From Candidatus Latescibacterota bacterium (GTDB lineage: Bacteria > Latescibacterota > UBA2968 > GCA-2709665), in NCBI GenBank assembly GCA_965208835.1, contig OZ242358.1:2528001-2592000 (forward strand): a stretch of DNA of 64,000 nucleotides, read 5' to 3'. A program made the translations under genes and the position numbers. This document shows positions 10,229 through 18,023 of this stretch, piece after piece. Numbering within the stretch: the stretch's first letter is position 1; every line of letters begins with the position of its first letter. A model generated the notes under the pieces. That model made no database searches, was not told the DNA's origin, and saw only the letters and a list, made by a program, of their open reading frames with translations.

Positions 10229-10828
10229 ATGGCGAGACTGTTTCTGGTTCTGCTCGGAATGGGTGTCGCGGCGACCGGCGCGCACGACGACCGGGGCCAC
10301 GTTATGGACACGAGTGAAGAGAACATGGAGCGAATTGCCGCGTCACTCGGGGTACGGTGTTCCCATTGTCACACGGTACGCGGGCCGGATGGAAAACCTG
10401 ATTTCATGGCGCCTTCGCTGTTCAAGCATACAGCCGTCCATATGAAAGTCCACTTTGTGGACGGACTGAAAACCGCCGATGGAAAGGCGCTGGACTGCAT
10501 GTCTTGCCACCAGGGAAACGCCCGGTTTGTTCCACGGGACGTTGAGAACGCCAGTCCTTCCAACCTGTCGGAGCGGATGCCGCGGCGGGAGATTTACCGG
10601 AAGATGAAGGCTATCGAGAGGGCGCTTGGGGTAGACTGTGAATTCTGCCACGTCAGACGTGAGGACGGGCGCCTCGCGCCTGAGCGGCCAACCAGACATA
10701 AGCTGATGGCCAAATACATGATGGACCACTACGAGGGATCGCTGGTCACGTCGGACGGAACGCCGGTCACGTGCGGAACCTGCCACGCCGGCGCGGCTGA
10801 ATTTTTGCCGCGTACCACCGGTGAATAG
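10229..10828 (+). CDS. Periplasmic tetraheme c-type cytochrome (photosynthetic reaction centre cytochrome c-like repeats)
   Basis: Signal peptide; four CxxCH motifs (CSHCH, CMSCH, CEFCH, CGTCH) arranged as two copies of M..I..aLGV.CxxCH...M...CxxCH.G. Confidence 0.85.
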   Translation: MARLFLVLLGMGVAATGAHDDRGHVMDTSEENMERIAASLGVRCSHCHTVRGPDGKPDFMAPSLFKHTAVHMKVHFVDGLKTADGKALDCMSCHQGNARFVPRDVENASPSNLSERMPRREIYRKMKAIERALGVDCEFCHVRREDGRLAPERPTRHKLMAKYMMDHYEGSLVTSDGTPVTCGTCHAGAAEFLPRTTGE

Positions 10829-10852
10829 ACGATTCATGCCGGTACAGCAAAC

Positions 10853-10886
10853 AGAAGGGCCGGACGGTTTGCCGTCCGGCCCTTCT
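10853..10886. terminator. Intrinsic terminator hairpin between convergent genes
   Basis: AGAAGGGCCGGACGG-TTTG-CCGTCCGGCCCTTCT perfect 15-bp stem. Confidence 0.8.
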
Positions 10887-10907
10887 TCGTATTATCACAC
10901 GGCTCTG

Positions 10908-13900
10908 CTATGAACAACCAACCGAATTCCCGCAATTCAGACAGCGATAGCACGAACCGTTACGAACGGTGATATGACCACAGGTGTCGCAAAATGGAGC
11001 GTCTCCCATCATCTGCGAGAGCTGACCGTCCAGAACCATCGCTTGAGGATGCGCGTGCGCTTCCGTCTGGGATGACGATCCGTTGGACACCGTTTGCTGT
11101 GAACCGACACCGCCCGCGCCGTTGGACGCCGGACTGGCTTTGGGCGCGGAGTCTGCCAACGGTGAAGCGCTCGGCGAATCGGCACGAGTACCGGGGGCTT
11201 CGGGACTTTGTGTTGAGAGTGAGATCACTTCGGATTCCAGGTCGTGACGATCGTTGATATCGGATGCGATGTCTTCGGGCTTAACCTGCAGAAAGTCGGT
11301 CCGACCGAGATATTCATAGCCGAGAACCCGGAAAACATAGTCGATGACGGACGTAGCGAATTTGATATTGGGATGATCGACGGTTCCCCAGGGTTCGAAA
11401 CGCGTGAAAGTGAAGCCGTCCACGTATTCCTCGAGGGGTACCCCGTATTGCAGGCCCTTGGACACGGCAATGGCAAAGCAGTTCAGCATACTGCGGAATG
11501 GTGCGCCTTCCTTGCTCATGTCGATGAAGATTTCACCCAGAGCGCCATCCTCATATTCGCCAGTGCGCAAGTAGACTTTCTGATTGGCGACACGCGCTTC
11601 CTGAGTAAACCCGCTTCGCCTTTGCGGCAGCCGCCGCCTGGTCGGTCGGCTCACCAGCGTGACAGGCGCCGGTGCTGACTTGCCGCTGCCGTCTTCCGCC
11701 GACTGCCCGGGCGATTCTTCGGCTTCGGCGGCTTCCGCTTCGGCGTCGGTCTTTGTGGCCGTACTCAGGGGCTGAGAGAGTTTAGAGCCGTCCCTATAGA
11801 TGGCTACAGCCTTTAATCCCAGGTCCCATCCCTTGAGATATAGATCTTCGATTTCCTCAGCTGTGGTCTCGTTGGGGACGTTTACAGTCTTGGAAATGGC
11901 GCCGCAGATAAACTTCTGGGCGGCGGACATCATGCCCAGGTGGGCCATAGGCGCAATAAAGCGCTTGCCGTGTTTGCCGCACTTGTTCGCGCAGTCGAAT
12001 ATGGGCAGATGTTCATCTTTGAGGTGGGGTGCTCCCTCGACGGTCATGCGGCCACAGATGAATTCGTTGGCTTCGTCGATTTGTGATTCGGTATAGCCGA
12101 GTTCGGAAAGCAGGTTGAAACCGGGTGCGCCGTACTGTTCGGGCGAGAAGCCCAGGCGTCCCATCAGGCTGTCTCCCAGAATCCAGGGTGTGAAGGCGAA
12201 TTCCAGCTCGAGAACGCCGGGAAGAACGCCTTCCGCCTTTGCCAGATCTCCTGGGCCGAAGCCTTTTGCCTTCAACGACTCGTCGTTGATGTGCGGTGCG
12301 TCTTTCAGAGAGAGCCGCCCGCAGAGGTAGGTGAGGATATCCGTGATTTCGCGGGAGGAATAGCCGAGTCGTTCAAGGGCTTCCGGTACGGCGTGGTTGA
12401 CGATTTTGAAATAGCCGCCGCCCGCGAGCTTTTTGAATTTGACCAGGGCGAAGTCGGGTTCGATGCCGGTTGTGTCGCAGTCCATCAGCAGGCCGATGGT
12501 GCCTGTAGGCGCAATCACCGTAGCCTGCGCATTACGATAGCCGTACTCTTCGCCCAGTTCGACCGCCTGGTCCCAGTCTTCCTGTGCCGCACGAAGCAGG
12601 TCGCGCGGGCATGCACGGGCATCGATATTGTACGCGGCGTCGCGGTGCATGTTCATGACGTTGAGCATGGGGCTGCGGTTCTTTTCAAAGCCGGGAAACG
12701 GATTCTTGTCTGCTGCCATGCGGGCCGACGTCGCGTAGGCCTGTCCACACATAATTGCAGTGATGGCGGCGCAAATGGCCCTTGCGCCCTCACTGTCGTA
12801 GGGCAGTCCCTGCACCATCAGGAGTGTGCCCAGATTGGCGTATCCGAGGCCGAGCGGGCGGTAGTCGTGGCTGTTCCGCGCGATCATCCGCGTGGGATAG
12901 GATGCGAAATCGACCAGGATTTCCTGGGCCATGAAAAAGATCTTGCAGGCATAACGGAAACCGTCTATGTCGAAGGTACCGTCGTCATTGAGGAACTTCA
13001 TGAGGTTGATGGAGGCGAGGTTGCACGCCGTGTCGTCGAGGAACATGAACTCGGAACACGGGTTGGAACCGTAGATGCGGTCGGTGCCGGCGCACGTGTG
13101 CCAGTGGTTGATCGTGGTGTCGTACTGCATTCCGGGATCGGCACAGGCCCATGCAGCTTCCGCGATTTGTCGCATGAGATTGCGTGCCTTGTGCGTTTCG
13201 TAGACTTCGCCGGTTGTACGCAGTCGGGTATGCCACTCGCCGTCGTTTTTACAGGCCTGCATAAATGCGTCGGTGACGCGCACGGAGTTGTTGGAGTTTT
13301 GGCCGGAAACGGTCTGGTACGCCTCGCCGTTGAAGTCCGAGCTGTAGCCGGCGGCCATAAGCGCGGCCACTTTCTTCTCTTCCTTAACCTTCCAGCTGAT
13401 AAAGTCGAGAATTTCAGGGTGATCCATGTCCAGACAGACCATTTTGGCGGCGCGTCTTGTCGTCCCTCCCGATTTGATGGCGCCGGCGCCCTTGTCAAGG
13501 ACTTCCAGAAAGGACATCAGGCCGGAAGAAACGCCGCCTCCCGAAAGCTTCTCCATCTTTCCGCGAATTCTGGAAAAATTGGTACCGGTGCCGGATCCGT
13601 ATTTGAAGAGTCGGACCTCGCTCTTCAGTAATTCGAAAATGTCCATGGTGTCGTCCTGGACGGACTGGATGTAACAGGCGGAGCATTGGGGATGTGAATA
13701 GGAGTCTTCGGTTTCGGATACGCATTCCCGGTCCCAATCCCAGTGCCAGTTGCCACCGCTGCCTTGAATGCCGTATTCGTGGTGCAGCCCGCAGTTGAAC
13801 CAGACCGGCGAATTGAACGCGCCCATTTGATGCACGAGGTGGTAGGCAAGTTCCGCTTCGAAGGTGTCCGCGTCTTCGGGGGAGTCGAAATATCTTCCCT

Positions 13901-14174
13901 GGTCCTCCCCGGCCTTGCGGATGGTGCGGGCGACCCGGTGCATCACCTGCCGCACGGACGTCTCGTGTCCGGTCTCTGGCACGCCCCTTTTTCTGAAGTA
14001 TTTGGATACGACGATATCCGTTGCCAGTTGTGACCATTCGGTCGGTACTTCGGCGTCGTCCATGCGAAAGACTTCTGACCCGTCGGGGTTGGTGATAACG
14101 GAAGTTTTCTTTACGTATTCAACCTGATCCAACGGATTCCGGCCGGGTGTGGTCCGCCTGCGTTCAAGCTTCAT
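10908..14174 (-). CDS. nrdJ: Vitamin B12-dependent class II ribonucleotide reductase
   Basis: FNSPVWFN, PQCSAC, GSGTG, GGTTRRAAKM, SNPCSE (thiyl-radical Cys), ACNLAS, IAPTGTI, AISKTVN, YRDGSK; C-terminal TSCPD-like domain and CxxCG..RNGSCYRCLNCG. Confidence 0.96.
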   Translation of the reverse strand: MKLERRRTTPGRNPLDQVEYVKKTSVITNPDGSEVFRMDDAEVPTEWSQLATDIVVSKYFRKRGVPETGHETSVRQVMHRVARTIRKAGEDQGRYFDSPEDADTFEAELAYHLVHQMGAFNSPVWFNCGLHHEYGIQGSGGNWHWDWDRECVSETEDSYSHPQCSACYIQSVQDDTMDIFELLKSEVRLFKYGSGTGTNFSRIRGKMEKLSGGGVSSGLMSFLEVLDKGAGAIKSGGTTRRAAKMVCLDMDHPEILDFISWKVKEEKKVAALMAAGYSSDFNGEAYQTVSGQNSNNSVRVTDAFMQACKNDGEWHTRLRTTGEVYETHKARNLMRQIAEAAWACADPGMQYDTTINHWHTCAGTDRIYGSNPCSEFMFLDDTACNLASINLMKFLNDDGTFDIDGFRYACKIFFMAQEILVDFASYPTRMIARNSHDYRPLGLGYANLGTLLMVQGLPYDSEGARAICAAITAIMCGQAYATSARMAADKNPFPGFEKNRSPMLNVMNMHRDAAYNIDARACPRDLLRAAQEDWDQAVELGEEYGYRNAQATVIAPTGTIGLLMDCDTTGIEPDFALVKFKKLAGGGYFKIVNHAVPEALERLGYSSREITDILTYLCGRLSLKDAPHINDESLKAKGFGPGDLAKAEGVLPGVLELEFAFTPWILGDSLMGRLGFSPEQYGAPGFNLLSELGYTESQIDEANEFICGRMTVEGAPHLKDEHLPIFDCANKCGKHGKRFIAPMAHLGMMSAAQKFICGAISKTVNVPNETTAEEIEDLYLKGWDLGLKAVAIYRDGSKLSQPLSTATKTDAEAEAAEAEESPGQSAEDGSGKSAPAPVTLVSRPTRRRLPQRRSGFTQEARVANQKVYLRTGEYEDGALGEIFIDMSKEGAPFRSMLNCFAIAVSKGLQYGVPLEEYVDGFTFTRFEPWGTVDHPNIKFATSVIDYVFRVLGYEYLGRTDFLQVKPEDIASDINDRHDLESEVISLSTQSPEAPGTRADSPSASPLADSAPKASPASNGAGGVGSQQTVSNGSSSQTEAHAHPQAMVLDGQLSQMMGDAPFCDTCGHITVRNGSCYRCLNCGNSVGCS

Positions 14175-14317
14175 ATGGAGACATCCTCCGGGTATCTTGA
14201 ATTGGTATGAAACGGCAAAACAAAGAGGACCTGCCTGGTAAACTTCACGTATCGTTTCGAGCCGTAAAAGTCCTGCGCCGCCTCGACAAGGTTACGGCGG
14301 TCAGTTATTTCGATCGT

Positions 14318-14535
14318 TTAGAAGCTGTTTTGGAATTCCTGAGTGAACTAACGAGCGCGAGCGAACACGTGGCGGTTAAGAGGCACGAGGGGCACGTAGT
14401 GCCGAGGCGCGAGGGGCGCGCAGCGCCGACGGGAAAACCCACTCGCATCTATAGATACCTGTGGATTCTACCAGCGCCGACCGGCGCTTTGGCAGCCGCG
14501 CGAAGGCCGCTGGGGATTTTAAAACAGCTTCCTAA
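14318..14535. mobile_element. MITE-like palindromic element (family A, copy 1)
   Basis: TIRs TTAGAAGCTGTTTTGGAATTCC / GGGATTTTAAAACAGCTTCCTAA; shares CGAGCGCGAGCGAA and GCAGCCGCGCGAAG with 51397-51588. Confidence 0.75.
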
Positions 14536-14595
14536 GACGCATCTGAAGGGGAAAGGCGCGTCCGGTGACGATGGTGAGAGGGGAGTGAATTGGTT

Positions 14596-15060
14596 TCAGC
14601 CGCCCGCTTGAGGGGAAGCGAGTTGCCGCAGTTCCTTTTCGAAGTCGCTCAGATCCTTGAACTGTCTGTAGACCGATGCGAAACGGACATAGGCGACCTG
14701 GTCAAGGTCTTTGAGTTCGTTGATGACCAGTTCGCCGATATCGTTGGCCTCAATCTCCCGTTCGCCGGTGCCGCTCAGCCTGGCTTCGATACGGTCTGCA
14801 ATCTCTTCCAGTCGGTCCATGGATATGGGCCGTTTGTTGCATGCGAGATGCAACTTGGAAAAGAGCTTGTTCTTGTCGAACGGTTCACGTCGACCGTCGG
14901 ACTTGACGACCATCAGCGGCGTGTCTTCGATGGATTCGTAGGTTGTAAACCTCCGACCGCAACTCAGGCATTCCCGGCGTCTGCGAATGGCCGTTGACTC
15001 CTTGCTGGACCTGGAGTCAACGACCTTGTCCTCCACTGTTCCACAGTAGGGACATCTCAT
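14596..15060 (-). CDS. nrdR: Transcriptional repressor NrdR
   Basis: MRCPYCG, VVDSR, IRRRRECLSCGRRFTTYE, ATP cone (VVKSDGRREPF) and DQVAYVRFASVY. Confidence 0.97.
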   Translation of the reverse strand: MRCPYCGTVEDKVVDSRSSKESTAIRRRRECLSCGRRFTTYESIEDTPLMVVKSDGRREPFDKNKLFSKLHLACNKRPISMDRLEEIADRIEARLSGTGEREIEANDIGELVINELKDLDQVAYVRFASVYRQFKDLSDFEKELRQLASPQAGG

Positions 15061-15098
15061 GCGAGTGTTCTCCCGTAATCTCACGGAGAGCGGGGATA

Positions 15099-15173
15099 AG
15101 GACAGATATAGGGTCCTCGGGTTAAAGGACCCTATATTGTGGGGTAATGCTATTATAATACCAAATATAGAGT
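15099..15173. promoter_or_regulatory. Three NrdR boxes
   Basis: AGGACAGATATAGGGT (15099), ACCCTATATTGTGGGG (15129) and ATACCAAATATAGAGT (15158) resemble acaCwAtATaTwGtgt and are spaced 29-30 bp apart upstream of nrdR-nrdJ. Confidence 0.75.
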
Positions 15174-15181
15174 TTTGTCAA
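15152..15181 (-). promoter_or_regulatory. Sigma70 promoter of nrdR-nrdJ
   Basis: TTGACA-N18-TATAAT on the minus strand; the third NrdR box lies in the spacer. Confidence 0.7.
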
Positions 15182-15474
15182 GTGAAAATTTTAAAAATCT
15201 AATTTGCCGAATCCAGGGTGAATCTGGCACAAGAATAGAGTTGCGGCCATAGGATAACCAACTGAAGCCTACGAACGCCAGCGCGCAGACCTGAACGTGG
15301 CCAGGTGAGCGGAAGAGACGTTTACAGCCCGATACGCGCAACGTCACCATTGCGTGCGATTTGTCTTAACACCCTTAAAAACAAACCAGTACCAATCGTC
15401 TTTGACCGGGATCGATTTATATCAGGATCGTAAAGCCAGGTTCCCATGCAGATTGCATACGGGCCGGGTCCGCC

Positions 15475-17877
15475 TCAAGGCGAACTCACGTCCAGGTTCC
15501 GGCCCCCGAAAATCAGCCTTGTTCCGGAAACCGTCGAGTGTGACAGGTAGGCGCCGTCGGAACCGGTCCTGATAACAGCGCACATTGCGTCGGTGGCGAG
15601 TCTGGTCTCGCCGAACGCCCTGTAGGTTCCGTCTGATATTACGATGTGATCCACCCCGCCGCCGTGTTCCACGATCAGGTACGCGGTCCCGCCAGGCCCT
15701 CCGTTTTCTCCACGGCGAATCTGCACGCCCGGAAGCGGCAGGCTACTGAAAGGATAGAGTAACACCGCCAGATCGTCCGTCAGTCCGCCGCCTGTCGTCA
15801 GCGCGTCCAGAGAAGCCCAGCGGATGAGCTGCCGGGCGGGCCGCCGTCCGGGAATGCCCCCCAGATGCGCCATTCCCGTACCCACACGTATGGACGGGGC
15901 ATCGGGCGTGGCGACGAGCAGGCCGGGTGCTTCGGTGGAATACACCGCGGTCCCGCCCCGCTGCAGCGGCGTGGGGGAATGAAGGAAGAACGAGGCTTTT
16001 CTGCCGGCATCGGCGGCGGAGAAGGCATCGAAAACCAGGAAATAGGGATTCGCCTCCTTTACGGGTCCCAATGGTTCGACGAACAGAAAGTGCCGCCGAT
16101 GCCGGACCCCCAGAGAGCGATAGCCCCGGTGCTCGGCGGAAAAATAGTCCATGCCTTCCTGGCTGCTCCAGACGGGTTGTTCGCCCACGGCGATGCGACG
16201 ATCCAGGTTCCGGTCGTCTATCACGAGCATGTTGTGCGCCTTGGAGGTTATATACCAGGGCCGGTGTAGTGGATCGTCGTAACTGACGCCGAGCCCGGCG
16301 TCGACGGCCAGCGCCGCGCCGAAGGCGAAAAGTTCGAAGCTGAGAATGTCGTAGTGATAATGCCCGCCGGCCCAGGAGCCGTAGTTGATAACCAGATATG
16401 GGCTTTCCCGGGTCCAGTCCATGCGCATGACCGCGAATCCCGATGGCCGGAAATCTATTGACGTGCCGGATGGCGCAACTGCGTGGTCGTCAATGTCGGC
16501 CCCGAGGAGGTTCCTGGCCACCCATAGCATGTCCGGCCGATTGAATATGCGGCCGCCATCGACAAAGACGTTCCGGTCGAACCGTGCCCGGCCGCCGTCA
16601 TTGACTGCGGGCTGGGTGCCCAGAGGGCTGATCAGGTACATCCAGTGGTTCAGTGTGCGTTCGAGGGGAGGTCGCAGGGCGGCCGCCCGGTCGTCATGAC
16701 CTCCGAACATCTCCAGAAGGTGGGCGAGATTCCTCGGATCGCGATAAGCGACGTTGGAATAGCTGGATGGACAACGTTCGGAATGGCAGCCGTCTTCGTA
16801 GAAGTCCTTCGACAGATGCTCCTCCATACGATGGACGCCAAGGGAGACCCAACGCTCAGCTTCTTCGAACTCGGGGAAGTTCAGGCCCAGCTCGGCCAGG
16901 GCGTAGGTGCCCATCACCTGCCAGTTGCCCGACCGGTAACCCTGCTTCTGCAGCTCGTACAACCAGCGGGCCGATCCCAGGAAGTTCTTCAAGATCCGTT
17001 CGTGGGTCGTTGCCGTGAGCCTTCCGCGGTTCAGCCGGTAAAACTCCAGGAATACGCGGTTCCGGCGGGCGCCCAGTCCGAGCTCGTACCAGATCGGGTG
17101 TTTGTCCGGTTCGGCGCCCACGACGTCGTCCCGTTGTTCGTACCATTGATTGAAGAGTTCATCGAAAGCGTCCAGATACTTCGTGTTCCGCGTACCCAGG
17201 TAGGCCCATAGCAGGGGCTGGGACCATTCCCAGTAGTGAAATCCGTATTTCCCGCCTCTGCCGTAATCCGCATTGAAGTCCACGACCGGACCGTGCTGGA
17301 TGTTGACGCCGCCCCATCCCGTAATATCGTGTGCCGCCACGCGGTCGGCCGCCGCAGTGTAGGACTTCGTACTGAAGAACCGGAAGGCCTCTTCCACGGT
17401 GTAAAAGGGGACGCCGGCATTGATATAGGCGTATCCCGGTCGATTGTCCCAGTGTGTGCCCCACGCATTGTAGGCTGCGTCGTAGTCCCCCTGGTCGACG
17501 GCGCGCTTCACGGCCTCGAGCCCGGTACGGCTCAGGTCCATCGCGGCGAAGAGATCGGGGTCGCTGATGTGTTTGATCTGCTCGTCCAGGTAGACAGGAT
17601 CTTCCCTGAGATCTGCGTTCGCCTCACCAAAGACCTTTGCAAATCGAACGAAGTCGCCAAAGCCGACGCGACCGTCGAGGTCCAGGTCGAAACGGTCGTC
17701 GAAGGCGCCGTCCGAACGGTCGGTTCCGAAGTTCCGGGCAAGGGCGACGAAGTCGTCGAACGTCACCAGGCCGTCGCCGTTGAAGTCCCCCGGCAAACTC
17801 GAACCGGCATCGGCATGAATCAGCAGGGTCGCCGCGAGGACGCTCAGCCACATCCAGCGTACGATCTCTCCGGTCAT
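15475..17877 (-). CDS. Secreted heparinase II/III-like polysaccharide lyase with N-terminal dockerin/EF-hand domain (copy 2)
   Basis: Signal peptide; GDFNGDGLVTFDDF...FDLDLDGRVGFGDF; GNWQV, DGCHSE..SSY, PAVNDG, SGFAVMR, GGHYHYDILSF, VDAG, SKAHNML.ID. Confidence 0.85.
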   Translation of the reverse strand: MTGEIVRWMWLSVLAATLLIHADAGSSLPGDFNGDGLVTFDDFVALARNFGTDRSDGAFDDRFDLDLDGRVGFGDFVRFAKVFGEANADLREDPVYLDEQIKHISDPDLFAAMDLSRTGLEAVKRAVDQGDYDAAYNAWGTHWDNRPGYAYINAGVPFYTVEEAFRFFSTKSYTAAADRVAAHDITGWGGVNIQHGPVVDFNADYGRGGKYGFHYWEWSQPLLWAYLGTRNTKYLDAFDELFNQWYEQRDDVVGAEPDKHPIWYELGLGARRNRVFLEFYRLNRGRLTATTHERILKNFLGSARWLYELQKQGYRSGNWQVMGTYALAELGLNFPEFEEAERWVSLGVHRMEEHLSKDFYEDGCHSERCPSSYSNVAYRDPRNLAHLLEMFGGHDDRAAALRPPLERTLNHWMYLISPLGTQPAVNDGGRARFDRNVFVDGGRIFNRPDMLWVARNLLGADIDDHAVAPSGTSIDFRPSGFAVMRMDWTRESPYLVINYGSWAGGHYHYDILSFELFAFGAALAVDAGLGVSYDDPLHRPWYITSKAHNMLVIDDRNLDRRIAVGEQPVWSSQEGMDYFSAEHRGYRSLGVRHRRHFLFVEPLGPVKEANPYFLVFDAFSAADAGRKASFFLHSPTPLQRGGTAVYSTEAPGLLVATPDAPSIRVGTGMAHLGGIPGRRPARQLIRWASLDALTTGGGLTDDLAVLLYPFSSLPLPGVQIRRGENGGPGGTAYLIVEHGGGVDHIVISDGTYRAFGETRLATDAMCAVIRTGSDGAYLSHSTVSGTRLIFGGRNLDVSSP

Positions 17878-18023
17878 TGGAAATTCCGTTTATCGGGTCC
17901 GTTGGAGAAACCGGACCATCAAGCGGATCGTTGGAATATTTGGCTCTGCGACAAAGAAAAACGCCGGACGGGTTTTCCGTCTTCGACTCGTTTTCACGGA
18001 ACCGGAATCGGGCCGCGTCCGCC

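Noticed and set aside
10908-14174. Intein or intron in nrdJ
   Set aside because: No C/S...HN splice motifs or LAGLIDADG blocks; the extra length comes from low-complexity linkers and the usual C-terminal domain.
14207-14611. 134-aa ORF between nrdJ and nrdR, and the 102-aa ORF at 51333-51641
   Set aside because: Both run through MITE copies and have no protein-family motifs.
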